From an uncultured Bacteroidales bacterium (GTDB lineage Bacteria; Bacteroidota; Bacteroidia; Bacteroidales; UBA932): a DNA stretch of 64,000 nt. The DNA lies in the NCBI GenBank assembly GCA_937899055.1, contig CALBPX010000061.1, positions 48,294-112,293 on the forward strand, given 5' to 3'. A program made the translations under genes and the position numbers. Shown piece by piece: positions 1 to 9,218 of the stretch. The notes beneath the pieces are model-generated. The model was not told the origin of the DNA and ran no database searches. It worked only from the letters and a program-made list of their open reading frames with translations. Within the stretch, counting starts at the first letter, position 1. Every line of letters begins with the position of its first letter.

Positions 1-730
1 GGTCATAAGTTGTCCGCTCGTTGTCCGCATCTTCCAACGGAGCCTCTATTGTTTTGTAGGACATACATTTTGAGGCATTAATACTGTAGGGGGAGTAAAG
101 GGCCTTTCCGGTGCAGGCATCCAGGCATCTGGAGCATTGTCCGCATCCGTTTGGAACTGTTTTATCCGCATAAGGTAATTCTGCAACGGTTATTACAGTG
201 CCTATGAAGTTCTTGATACCGGCCTGCGGGCTTATGAGGAAGTTGTTTTTGCCTATGAATCCGAGCCCGGCTCTTACAGCCCAGGCCCGTTCCATTACCG
301 GAGCCGAATCGGTGAATACCCTACAGCTCTTCTTTGTCTTTATGCTGTCTTCTATGAAGGAGGCTATCCTGAACAGCTTGTCCTTTATAACTTTGTGATA
401 GTCTTCTCCAAGGGCATATTCAGAAATCCTGAGCCCGTCTGAACTGATGCAGGGCCCGCCGCCGGAGAAGGGAGCCAGAAAAACTATGACACTTTTAGCA
501 CCGGGTAAGAGCAGGGCGGGGTCCATCCTCTTGTCTATATTCCGGCGGAGATATTCCATCCTTCCAAAATGCCCCTTTTCATGGGCCTGCATATATTGCT
601 GCTCCTCCAAGCTTCCGGAAAGAGGAACAGCCCTTGCGCATCCGCAGGCGGCAAAGCCCATCTGCTGCGCCATCTCAAGGATGCCGTTCCAGAGTTTTTC
701 TTTGCCTGATATAGTTTCTTCTGCGTTCAT
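1..730 (-). CDS. queG: tRNA epoxyqueuosine(34) reductase QueG, N-terminal part only (3' end of gene lies beyond window start)
   Basis: Absent from the ORF track because it runs off the edge. Manual minus-strand translation from ATG at 730..728 gives MNAEETISGKEKLWNGILEMAQQMGFAACG...EDYHKVIKDKL...FTDSAPVMERAWAVRAGLGFIGKNNFLISPQAG...CGQCSRCLDACTGKAL. These match QueG conserved blocks, including a CxxCxxC 4Fe-4S motif. The plus-strand ORFs 198..398 and 447..776 are shadows of this gene. Confidence 0.8.
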   Translation of the reverse strand, partial: MNAEETISGKEKLWNGILEMAQQMGFAACGCARAVPLSGSLEEQQYMQAHEKGHFGRMEYLRRNIDKRMDPALLLPGAKSVIVFLAPFSGGGPCISSDGLRISEYALGEDYHKVIKDKLFRIASFIEDSIKTKKSCRVFTDSAPVMERAWAVRAGLGFIGKNNFLISPQAGIKNFIGTVITVAELPYADKTVPNGCGQCSRCLDACTGKALYSPYSINASKCMSYKTIEAPLEDADNERTTYD

Positions 731-924
731 TTTCAAACCTGCGGTCAGGATTTTTTTGCTACCAATGCAAAATTAATAAGATTTCTCATAGGGCAGCAGC
801 AGAGATTTATGACAAAATCTCATCCTGTACATGAGATTTTTGTTATTTTTGTTCCACTAAACAGGCAAATGCTTTAAAGTTTATAGCAAGAATCTTTGTA
901 AGACACTTTTAAGGAATTGGATAT

Positions 925-1887
925 ATGAAAAAGATATTGGTTGTTGGCGCAGGCGGTCAGATAGGAACTGAACTGGTTCCTCACCTGCAGAAGACATACG
1001 GAGCAGATAATGTAATAGCAGCAGAAGTCAGGCCCGACGTTGTAAAGAGGCTCTCCCTGACAAGCGAGGCTATACAGTTGGACGCCCTTGATTTTGAGGG
1101 CTATGGAAATGCCATAAAGAAGTACGGCATAGATGGGATCTACAACCTTGTTGCCCTTCTTTCCGCCAAGGGTGAGATGAATCCGGACCTTGCCTGGAAG
1201 ATAAATATGGGAGCCCTGCTCAATTCGCTCAACCTTGCAAGAGAATTCCATTGCGCCCTCTTCACCCCTTCTTCAATAGGCGCTTTCGGAAACAATACTC
1301 CTCACTACAAAACCCCTCAGGACACCATAATGAGGCCGGACACCATCTACGGAGTGTGCAAGGTTTCCGGAGAGCTTCTCAGCGATTATTATCACAAGAG
1401 GTTCGGAGTAGATACCCGCAGCGTGCGTTTCCCTGGAATCATATCCAACGGATGCCTGCCCGGCGGGGGTACAACAGACTATGCGGTGGAGGTTTTCTAT
1501 GAGGTGGTAAAGAACGGAAAATATACCTGCGAAGTTCCAAAAGATGCCTATATGGATATGGTATATATGCCTGATGCTCTGGAAGCTACAACCCAGCTCA
1601 TGGAGGCGGACCCTTCAAAGCTCGTCCACCGCAACTCCTTCAACATAGCATCTATGAGTTTTACTCCGGAGCAGCTCTTTACAGAAATCAAGAAAAGAAT
1701 TCCGTCCTTCACCTGGGACTATAGGATAGACCCTGTAAAAGCCGCCATAGCTGCCAGCTGGCCTGACGTCATGGATGACAGCTGCGCCCGTCAGGAATGG
1801 GGCTGGAATCCAAAATGGGGCCTCCAGGAGATGATAGACGACATGCTTGAAGTCTGCAAGGCCAAAGTCCAGAGAGGAGAGTATTGA
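925..1887 (+). CDS. NAD-dependent epimerase/dehydratase family protein, probably SDR-type L-threonine 3-dehydrogenase
   Basis: N-terminal Rossmann motif VVGAGGQIGTEL. Length 320 aa. YGVCKVSGE (YxxxK catalytic pair). Overall resemblance to UDP-glucose-4-epimerase-like TDH enzymes. Confidence 0.65.
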   Translation: MKKILVVGAGGQIGTELVPHLQKTYGADNVIAAEVRPDVVKRLSLTSEAIQLDALDFEGYGNAIKKYGIDGIYNLVALLSAKGEMNPDLAWKINMGALLNSLNLAREFHCALFTPSSIGAFGNNTPHYKTPQDTIMRPDTIYGVCKVSGELLSDYYHKRFGVDTRSVRFPGIISNGCLPGGGTTDYAVEVFYEVVKNGKYTCEVPKDAYMDMVYMPDALEATTQLMEADPSKLVHRNSFNIASMSFTPEQLFTEIKKRIPSFTWDYRIDPVKAAIAASWPDVMDDSCARQEWGWNPKWGLQEMIDDMLEVCKAKVQRGEY

Positions 1888-1889
1888 TC

Positions 1890-3023
1890 TTATTTCGGGG
1901 CTATCCGGTAGAGGTAGAAGGCTATACCCAGATAGAGAACGTTCGGCAGCCAGAGGGCTATGAACGGGGGGAGCGCTCCTGAGAATACAAACATCTGTGC
2001 AAACCTCATGAACAATATGTAGGAGAAGCTAAGGGCAATGCCTATGCCTATGTTCAGGCCTATTCCGCCTCTTCGTTTCTTGGAAGAAAGCGACACGCCT
2101 ATAAGTGTAAGTATGAATGCCGCAAACGGCATGGACCATCTTTCGTTCTGCTCTATGAGTGAGAACATTACGTCTTTATCGCCACGTGCTTTCTGGTCTC
2201 TGATCAGCCGCCGGAGCTGACCGTCCGGAAGGGTCTGTACGGTGTTTCTCCTGCGGTAGAAGTCCTCCACGGTAACGGCAATGCAGGTGTCCTTATAGCG
2301 GCCGGTAGTTACGGTTTCCACTCCCTCTTCATATTTGCGCTGAACATAGTCTCTCATTTTCCAGCCTTGTATAGTGGAATCCCACTGGGCTTCGTTGGCC
2401 GTAAGTTTGGAAGACAGCTGGTTGTCTTCTATGCTCTCCAGAGAAAAGCCGTAGGCCGTGTTGTTGGACGGGGCAAAACTCTGAACATAAAGGAAGGTTC
2501 CCGGGCTGATCTGATAGTGGACATTGCGAGAAAACTCCGTGTATTTTTTTCTGACATATTTCTGTTCAAAGGCCAGCCTTCCCTTGTTGCAGGGAGGAAT
2601 GACATAGAGGTTCAGTATCAGAGAAAAAATAACTATTGCGGTTGCCGAAACAAAGTAGGGCCACATCAGTCTCTTGAAGCTGATTCCGCCGGCAAGAATG
2701 GCTATGATTTCTGTATTGGCCGCCATCTTGGATGTGAACAGAATTACCGTAAGGAACACGAACATAGGGCTGAACATGTTCACAAAGTAGGGAATGAAGT
2801 TGGCGTAGTACTGAAAGATTATGAGCTTCAGAGGGGCCTGATTGGTTACAAACTTGTCTATCTTTTCGCTGAGGTCAAAGATGATAACAATGCCTATGAT
2901 AACAAGCAGCGCAACAATATAGGTGCCGATAAACTTCTTTATTATGTACCGGTCTATGGTTGTAATCTGCGGTTTGAAATCGCGGATGCTCTGTTTTATT
3001 TTTTCAGCACTCAGTTTTGCCAT
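1890..3023 (-). CDS. LptF/LptG family LPS export permease (YjgP/YjgQ), short form
   Basis: 377 aa. N-terminal IDRYIIKKFIGTYIVALL, multiple TM helices flanking a central soluble domain. Lies 16 nt downstream of tgt on the same strand. Confidence 0.8.
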   Translation of the reverse strand: MAKLSAEKIKQSIRDFKPQITTIDRYIIKKFIGTYIVALLVIIGIVIIFDLSEKIDKFVTNQAPLKLIIFQYYANFIPYFVNMFSPMFVFLTVILFTSKMAANTEIIAILAGGISFKRLMWPYFVSATAIVIFSLILNLYVIPPCNKGRLAFEQKYVRKKYTEFSRNVHYQISPGTFLYVQSFAPSNNTAYGFSLESIEDNQLSSKLTANEAQWDSTIQGWKMRDYVQRKYEEGVETVTTGRYKDTCIAVTVEDFYRRRNTVQTLPDGQLRRLIRDQKARGDKDVMFSLIEQNERWSMPFAAFILTLIGVSLSSKKRRGGIGLNIGIGIALSFSYILFMRFAQMFVFSGALPPFIALWLPNVLYLGIAFYLYRIAPK

Positions 3024-3039
3024 TTTTCTCAGCGATATT

Positions 3040-4173
3040 TTACTGTACCCTGCGGCTCATCTTTCCAACAGTTTCTTCTTTCCATTTCTTGAAGTCTCCC
3101 GCAACTATGTGCTCTCTTGCCCTTGTCACCAGTTCGAGATAGAAGGCAAGGTTATGATAGCTTGCAATTTCGGCCCCGAGCATCTCTCCTGCAACAAACA
3201 TGTGCCTGAGATAAGCCTTGGTATAGGCATGGTCAACAAATGATGTGCCCTGAGGGTCAATAGGCGAAAAGTCTTCCGCCCACTTCTTGTTCTTGATGTT
3301 AATTGTACCTTCCCATGTGAACAGCATTCCGTTTCTTCCGTTGCGGGTTGGCATTACGCAGTCGAACATATCCACTCCACGGTCTATGCCCTCCAGTATG
3401 TTGGCCGGGGTACCCACTCCCATAAGATAGCGGGGTTTGGACTCTGGCAGTTCTTCCTTGAGCACGTCCAGCATCTCATACATTTTTTCAGTGGGTTCTC
3501 CAACGCTCAGTCCTCCTATTGCACATCCGTCCATATCTGCATCGGCGATTATCCTTGCAGCTTCCCTTCTTAAATCGGGATAAACACAACCCTGGACTAT
3601 CGGAAAGAAAAACTGCCTGTAACCGTAAAGGGGCTCGGTTTCCTTGAATCTTGCAATGCAGCGTTTCAGCCAGCGGTGGGTGCGCTCCATGGATTTTTTG
3701 GAGTAGTCATAGTCAGCCGTTCCGGGGGTGCATTCGTCCAGAGCCATTATTATGTCGGCTCCAATCATCCTCTGCACATCCACATTGTTCTCCGGTGTGA
3801 ATATATGTCTTGAGCCGTCTATGTGAGACTGGAATGTGCATCCCTCTTCCGTTATCTTGCGCCTTGCCGCAAGTGAGAAAACCTGAAAGCCGCCGCTGTC
3901 TGTAAGTATCGGTCTGTCCCAGCCGACAAACTTATGCAGTCCTCCGGCCTTGTTTATCAGATCTGTACCGGGCCTCAGAAGGAGATGGTATGTGTTTCCA
4001 AGTATTATCCTGGCCTTGATATCCTCCATGAGATCTCTGTGAAATACTCCCTTTACGCTTCCCACGGTGCCTACGGGCATGAATATAGGAGTGGGAATGT
4101 CTCCATGGTCAGTATGGAGGATTCCGGCTCTTGCACAGCTGTCGGGATTATTATTAACCAGCTCAAAAAACAT
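3040..4173 (-). CDS. tgt: tRNA-guanine transglycosylase (queuine tRNA-ribosyltransferase)
   Basis: ARAGILHTDHGDIPTPIFMPVGT, LTDSGGFQVFSL, GGLSVGEP and CVMPTRNGRNG motifs. The ORF extends to 4218, but Met16 (ATG 4173..4171) fits family N-termini and sits just downstream of a -7 box. Confidence 0.9.
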   Translation of the reverse strand: MFFELVNNNPDSCARAGILHTDHGDIPTPIFMPVGTVGSVKGVFHRDLMEDIKARIILGNTYHLLLRPGTDLINKAGGLHKFVGWDRPILTDSGGFQVFSLAARRKITEEGCTFQSHIDGSRHIFTPENNVDVQRMIGADIIMALDECTPGTADYDYSKKSMERTHRWLKRCIARFKETEPLYGYRQFFFPIVQGCVYPDLRREAARIIADADMDGCAIGGLSVGEPTEKMYEMLDVLKEELPESKPRYLMGVGTPANILEGIDRGVDMFDCVMPTRNGRNGMLFTWEGTINIKNKKWAEDFSPIDPQGTSFVDHAYTKAYLRHMFVAGEMLGAEIASYHNLAFYLELVTRAREHIVAGDFKKWKEETVGKMSRRVQ

Positions 4174-4179
4174 ATACGG

Positions 4180-4187
4180 CAAAAGTA
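4180..4187 (-). promoter_or_regulatory. -7 box TACTTTTG for tgt
   Basis: Reverse complement of CAAAAGTA. Only 6 nt separate it from the tgt ATG (4173). Confidence 0.4.
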
Positions 4188-4197
4188 CGAAAAATTG

Positions 4198-4205
4198 TAT
4201 ATTTG
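4198..4205 (+). promoter_or_regulatory. -7 box TATATTTG for the nucleoside transporter gene
   Basis: Exact match to the Bacteroidota TAnnTTTG -7 consensus, 39 nt before ATG 4245. Confidence 0.5.
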
Positions 4206-4244
4206 TACCTACTCTCACAACCTGAAAGTAAAACCAAATATCAT

Positions 4245-5882
4245 ATGAAGAACACTACAAAGAAAAATGGTCCCAGAATAGGATTTATGGGGCCAAAGTT
4301 TCTGAAGGTTGCATTGGTGATAATTGCCGTAGGTTTCCTGTGCGGCATGGTGAATGCAGCCGTTACCCCTCAGAACGATCCTGTTGCCGCTACCCAGGTG
4401 GCAGAACCGGTTCAGGAAACTCCTCAGACTGCCTCTCAGGTGGCAGAACCTGTTGCCGATGCAGTTCAGACAGAGCCTGTTGAAGGTCAGTCTTCTATTT
4501 CAGCAGACGAGACTGTGGTAGATGAAAAAGCAGAAGCCCTTGCCAAGAGAAAGGAAATGTTCTCCAGGATCCTTCAGGAAAAGCAGCTCCATTTCAGCTT
4601 TGGAAACATTGCAAAGGGTCTTTTGGGAATAGCCGTAATCATCCTGATAGCATGGCTGTTTTCTACAGACCGCAAGAAAGTGAACTGGAGAACCGTAGGA
4701 ATGGCTTTGTTGCTGCAGTTCATCATTGCCTTCTCCGTATTGATGTTCCCGGCAGTTCAGAAATTCTTTGAGGTATTTGGAAAATGCTTTGTGGCAGTAC
4801 TTGGCTGGACAAAGGCCGGAGCAGATTTCTTGTTCGGACCTCTGATGGATACTACGGGAGTCGGTTACATCTTTGTATTCCAGATACTCCCTACAATCGT
4901 ATTCTTCTCTGCCCTTACAAGTCTGTTCTTCTATCTGGGAATACTTCAGAAAGTTGTTTACGCCATGGGTTGGGTAATGACCAAGCTGATGCACATTTCC
5001 GGAGCAGAATCGCTTTCATGTGCCGGAAACGTTTTCCTTGGTCAGACCGAGGCTCCCCTGATGGTAAAGGAATATATTCCAAAGATGAGCCGCAGCGAAC
5101 TTATGCTGATCATGGTTTCTGGAATGGCAACGATGAGCGGCGGAGTGCTGGCAGCGTACATAGGAATGCTTGGTTGCGGAGATCCGGTAATGACGGTTGA
5201 ATTTGCAAAGCATCTGCTGAGTGCTTCAGTCATGGCAGCTCCGGGAGCAATTGCAATGGCAAAGATCCTCAAGCCGGAAACGGAAGAAATAGACAACTCC
5301 GTTGAGGTTTCAAAGGACAAACTTGGAAAGAATGTTCTGGACGCCATTTCAATAGGAACCACCCAGGGCCTCAAGCTTGCAGCCAATGTGGCAGCAATGC
5401 TTCTGGTGTTCTACGCATTGATAGCCGGAGTCAACTATATACTCAATATCATAAGTTTTCCGGCTATGGACCGCTGGATAACAGCCATAACGGACGGCCG
5501 TTATACAGATCTGAACCTCGAATGTATTCTTTCCTGGATTTTCTATCCGGTAATTTGGCTGATAGGAGTTCCGAGTGCCGACATAAGTTATGTGGGCAGG
5601 CTTCTTGGAGAAAAACTGATTCTGACTGAATTTATTGGATACCAGTCTCTTACTGAAATGCTCCAGAACAGCGTATTCTCTTCACCCAAGTCCATTGTGA
5701 TGGCAACATATGTGCTTTGTGGCTTTGCCAACTTTGCCTCAATAGGAATCATTATAGGAGGTGTGGGAGGTATGGCTCCAAACAAGCAGTCTATACTCGG
5801 CGAATACGGAATCAGAGCTTTGCTCGGAGCCGCACTCGTAGCCTTGGTATCTGCCGCAATGGTAGGTATGTTCCTGGCTTAA
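4245..5882 (+). CDS. NupC/CNT family concentrative nucleoside transporter with ~130 aa N-terminal extension
   Basis: Core from GLLGIAVIILIAWLFSTDRKKVNWRTV to the C-terminus is typical of the NupC family. The ATG at 4203 overlaps the -7 box, so ATG 4245 (MKNTTKK) is preferred. Confidence 0.85.
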   Translation: MKNTTKKNGPRIGFMGPKFLKVALVIIAVGFLCGMVNAAVTPQNDPVAATQVAEPVQETPQTASQVAEPVADAVQTEPVEGQSSISADETVVDEKAEALAKRKEMFSRILQEKQLHFSFGNIAKGLLGIAVIILIAWLFSTDRKKVNWRTVGMALLLQFIIAFSVLMFPAVQKFFEVFGKCFVAVLGWTKAGADFLFGPLMDTTGVGYIFVFQILPTIVFFSALTSLFFYLGILQKVVYAMGWVMTKLMHISGAESLSCAGNVFLGQTEAPLMVKEYIPKMSRSELMLIMVSGMATMSGGVLAAYIGMLGCGDPVMTVEFAKHLLSASVMAAPGAIAMAKILKPETEEIDNSVEVSKDKLGKNVLDAISIGTTQGLKLAANVAAMLLVFYALIAGVNYILNIISFPAMDRWITAITDGRYTDLNLECILSWIFYPVIWLIGVPSADISYVGRLLGEKLILTEFIGYQSLTEMLQNSVFSSPKSIVMATYVLCGFANFASIGIIIGGVGGMAPNKQSILGEYGIRALLGAALVALVSAAMVGMFLA

Positions 5883-5888
5883 GGGCTG

Positions 5889-6617
5889 TCAGTAAGGAAA
5901 ATACAATAATGCTTCAGCGGGGTGACTGAATTTTAGCAGGACATCCCGCTTTTTGAATGTGTTGAGAGTGGCTTTCCACCACATATCAAAAACCACGTTG
6001 TCTGTCTTGTATTCCAAGCCGGTGGATTTAATCCGGAGAGTGTGGTCAAAGGCAAAGATGGATATCCGGTCTCCCGGTTCACCTTTCAGGCGCGTAGTGT
6101 TGAGGATGGGCACAAAAACGCCGTAATCTGTTACCATAGAGACCGATATATTTTGTCTTGGAAATTTTTTCCGGAGAGTTTGTGCAAAGTCCGGAAGATA
6201 GGATATGTTGCCCAGCGTATGGTCTTCTCTTTTGCCCGTAGCTCCGGCTATTACTATGTCGTAGTCTGTTATGGCCTTGTTGAGGTCAATGTCTTTTTCA
6301 ATCATGCCCACCGCAAACCGGAACGCCTTTGACAGATCGTTGAAATCCTGTTCCTCCTCTTTGTGGATTATTGAAGCAAACCTCTTCTGATAAGTCTTTG
6401 GAAGGGTATCCATATCGCCGACTATATAGTCTGCTTCCATACCGTTTTTAAGGAGGTTCAAGATTGCTCCGTCACAGGCAATCAGGATATTGTCGCATTT
6501 TTTTCTCCGAGATTTTTTCAAAAGTTTCAGGGCCGGTCCTTTGGAAGGAAAATCTCCGTCGCAGAGGATGATGAAGGTCTTGGACAAGGTATTTTCAGAA
6601 GAAACGGATGCTTTCAT
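5889..6617 (-). CDS. thiamine diphosphokinase
   Basis: IACDGA...ADYIVGDMDTL, EQDFNDLSKA and IAGATGKREDHTLGN match the TPK catalytic motifs (GDxDS, DxTD, GGRxDH). Overlaps the fmt 3' end by 23 nt. Confidence 0.75.
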   Translation of the reverse strand: MKASVSSENTLSKTFIILCDGDFPSKGPALKLLKKSRRKKCDNILIACDGAILNLLKNGMEADYIVGDMDTLPKTYQKRFASIIHKEEEQDFNDLSKAFRFAVGMIEKDIDLNKAITDYDIVIAGATGKREDHTLGNISYLPDFAQTLRKKFPRQNISVSMVTDYGVFVPILNTTRLKGEPGDRISIFAFDHTLRIKSTGLEYKTDNVVFDMWWKATLNTFKKRDVLLKFSHPAEALLYFPY

Positions 6618-7599
6618 CGCTGATGAGATTTTTGTGGCCGTTTATGAAATCCTTAGCTCCCATCCTCTTTTTTCCGGCGGGCTGCAGAGATGTGATTTTA
6701 AGCGGTTTGTCTGAGCACATGACCAATATGGAGCGGTCCGATACAATGGCCGATCCGCTCTGTTTTTGCCCCAACGGTCCTAAGGTTATGCCGTCCGCAG
6801 GCTCGGCTGCAAAGATTTTCATGTCTATGGTTTCTCCGCTTCCGGTTTTCATAGTTGTCAGGGCTGCCGGATATGGCGAAAGACCCCTTACCAGAGCATC
6901 GGCTTCTTCTGCAGTTCTGGACCAGTTGATGCGGCAGTTTTCTTTGTTGAGCTTTGGGGCTGCGGCGGTTTGAGGAGTAAGGATGGAAACATCCTGAGCC
7001 ATAGGTTCAATCCGGCCGTTTCCTATGTCATTTACGGTCTTCAGTACCAGGAGGCTGCCCAATTCCATCAGTTTGTCGTGAAGGCTCCCGACCGTTTCTC
7101 TTGGGGCAACGGGGCATTTTTCCTGAAGGATGATTTTTCCGGTATCTATTTTCTCATCGATGAAGAATGTTGTAACTCCGGTTTCCCTTTCTCTCTGGAT
7201 TATGGCCCAGTTGATGGGGGCGGCTCCCCTGAACTTGGGAAGCAGCGATGCGTGAAGGTTGAATGTGCCCAGTTTGGGCATCTTCCATACTACATCGGGC
7301 AGCATCCTGAAAGCCACCACAATGAAAAGGTCTGCACCGTAGCTTCTGAGCTGGTTCAGGAAGAGTTCATCGCGGAGTTTGAGGGGCTGTAGGATATCTA
7401 TGTTCTTGCCGCTTGTCTGGTTGTAGTCCAGAACAAATTTTTTTACATCGCTTTCAGAAAGCTGAAGGCCGCGGCCCTTGGGTTTGTCCGGAACCGTTAC
7501 CACAGCCGGAATGATGCAGCCCGCATCAAGCAATGCCTTTAGCGGAGCCACTGCAAACTCCGGAGTACCCATGTATATGATTCTGAGGTTATTGTCCAT
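6595..7599 (-). CDS. fmt: methionyl-tRNA formyltransferase
   Basis: LRIIYMGTPEFAVAPLKAL, NLHASLLPKFRGAAPINWAI. 334 aa. Confidence 0.92.
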   Translation of the reverse strand: MDNNLRIIYMGTPEFAVAPLKALLDAGCIIPAVVTVPDKPKGRGLQLSESDVKKFVLDYNQTSGKNIDILQPLKLRDELFLNQLRSYGADLFIVVAFRMLPDVVWKMPKLGTFNLHASLLPKFRGAAPINWAIIQRERETGVTTFFIDEKIDTGKIILQEKCPVAPRETVGSLHDKLMELGSLLVLKTVNDIGNGRIEPMAQDVSILTPQTAAAPKLNKENCRINWSRTAEEADALVRGLSPYPAALTTMKTGSGETIDMKIFAAEPADGITLGPLGQKQSGSAIVSDRSILVMCSDKPLKITSLQPAGKKRMGAKDFINGHKNLISDESIRFF

Positions 7600-9208
7600 C
7601 TGCGTATTTTTCTTCTGAAGCCTCGTCCGGGAGTTTCATCTTTTCCTCTTCCTCCTTGAGAATCTTTTGGATGTTGAGCTGGTGCTGCACCCTCTTGGCC
7701 TTGCTGAACAGCCTTTGGAAGAAGCCTTTGATGTTCTTCAGGAACTGGTCTATGTCAAAGGTTACATTGTCCTGCGTGCATTTCCAGGTCAGATATGCCG
7801 CAAGAGGTGCAAGAACCAGAGTGGAGATGAAGGCTCCCAGAAACGGCGAAATGGCTCCGTCGTTTGCCAGTTTCTTGCCGCTGATATCCACCACCCAATA
7901 AAGCACAAAGAACAGTATGGAAATGATGGCCGGAGTACCAAGCCCTCCCTTTCTTACAATGGCTCCTATAGGTGCTCCTATGAAGAAAAATATGAGGCAG
8001 GCAAGGCTGAGGGTAAATTTCCTATAGCGTTCTATGATGGTTCTTCTGAGCGGATAGGCCGTCTGGTAAATCTGTGCGCTGTAGAAGGAGTGGGAAACCA
8101 TTTCCGTATTGAGCGCACCATATACGCTCTGGAGGGCATTGACTTTGTCGCCCTGGCTTTTCCAGTGGTAGAGTTCGTCTGACTTGAAGCTCCTTTTGTA
8201 ACCTTTGTTGCGTGCAGTGTCGAGCTGGTCTCTGTGTCCGATGTAATCTGCATGCATGGCCCTCTGGGTATGGTAATTGAGCGACGAGTCGTTGGCTATG
8301 GTCAGAGAATCTTTGTCTTTGCTGAGCTGCGAAAGGTTCTTGGCCATAACTTCTCCGGAATACCGGCCCTCCTTGGACTGGTTGAAGGCATAGTTTTCAA
8401 GCGGTATGGCAAGTTGCTGGAAAGAGAACTTTATCCTTTGCATCTGAAGTGAGGTATCTTGGTATGTTCTCTGGTTGTTCTCTTTATAATTAATTCCGTT
8501 ATAGAGAGTTATAAGCAGACCCTTCTTGTCCGGAGTAATGGAGATTCTTCCGGAATCGGCAACGGTGAGGTCTGAGTTTCCGGCTTCCTTCGTGTGGTTG
8601 TAAATCATGATCTGGTGCATGAGCATGTTATCGTCGCGGGAGCCGATCTTGATGGAAAACCCTTCTATTCCGTCGTAGAATATGCCCACCGGAATCTTGA
8701 TTTCTTCCTTGGTGTTGGTTATGTCTTCTCTGAGAGTATATATCTTGTTGTAAGCCACCGGAATCAGATTGTTGGAAGCAAAGAACGCCGCTATCACAAT
8801 CACCACAGCAACATAGCTCAGCGGCTGGATTATCCTCGGCAGGGAAATGCCGGCAGCCTTCATGCTCAGCAGTTCGCTGTTTTCTCCGAGGTTGCCCATC
8901 GTCATAATAGATGCCAGAAGTGTGGCCAGAGGCAGGGCGTATGGAATAAGCGTGGCCGAACCCCACATCAAAAACTGTACGATAATCTTGAAACTCAGCC
9001 CTTTTCCTACCAGCTCATCGATGTACAGCCACAGGAACTGCATCATCAGTATGAAGGTAACTATGGCAAATACAGCCACAAACGGCCCCAGGAAAGACTT
9101 CAGCATGTAAAAATCCAAAGTCTTTACACCAATAGATTTAAGAAACGCCTTAAAGCTTTCCTTAACCTTTCTGGTCCAAGGCAGTTTATCCTGTTCCTGT
9201 TGGCTCAT
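7589..9208 (-). CDS. LptF/LptG family LPS export permease (YjgP/YjgQ), long form
   Basis: LDFYMLKSFLGPFVAVFAIVTFILMMQ N-terminus. TM blocks at both ends with a large central periplasmic domain. 539 aa with a charged C-terminal tail. Confidence 0.8.
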   Translation of the reverse strand: MSQQEQDKLPWTRKVKESFKAFLKSIGVKTLDFYMLKSFLGPFVAVFAIVTFILMMQFLWLYIDELVGKGLSFKIIVQFLMWGSATLIPYALPLATLLASIMTMGNLGENSELLSMKAAGISLPRIIQPLSYVAVVIVIAAFFASNNLIPVAYNKIYTLREDITNTKEEIKIPVGIFYDGIEGFSIKIGSRDDNMLMHQIMIYNHTKEAGNSDLTVADSGRISITPDKKGLLITLYNGINYKENNQRTYQDTSLQMQRIKFSFQQLAIPLENYAFNQSKEGRYSGEVMAKNLSQLSKDKDSLTIANDSSLNYHTQRAMHADYIGHRDQLDTARNKGYKRSFKSDELYHWKSQGDKVNALQSVYGALNTEMVSHSFYSAQIYQTAYPLRRTIIERYRKFTLSLACLIFFFIGAPIGAIVRKGGLGTPAIISILFFVLYWVVDISGKKLANDGAISPFLGAFISTLVLAPLAAYLTWKCTQDNVTFDIDQFLKNIKGFFQRLFSKAKRVQHQLNIQKILKEEEEKMKLPDEASEEKYADGQ

Positions 9209-9218
9209 TCTCAGCAGT

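Noticed and set aside
198-776. Two plus-strand ORFs at the window start (66 aa and 109 aa).
   Set aside because: They are overlapped by the minus-strand queG reading frame, which carries clear family motifs. The plus-strand ORFs have no features.
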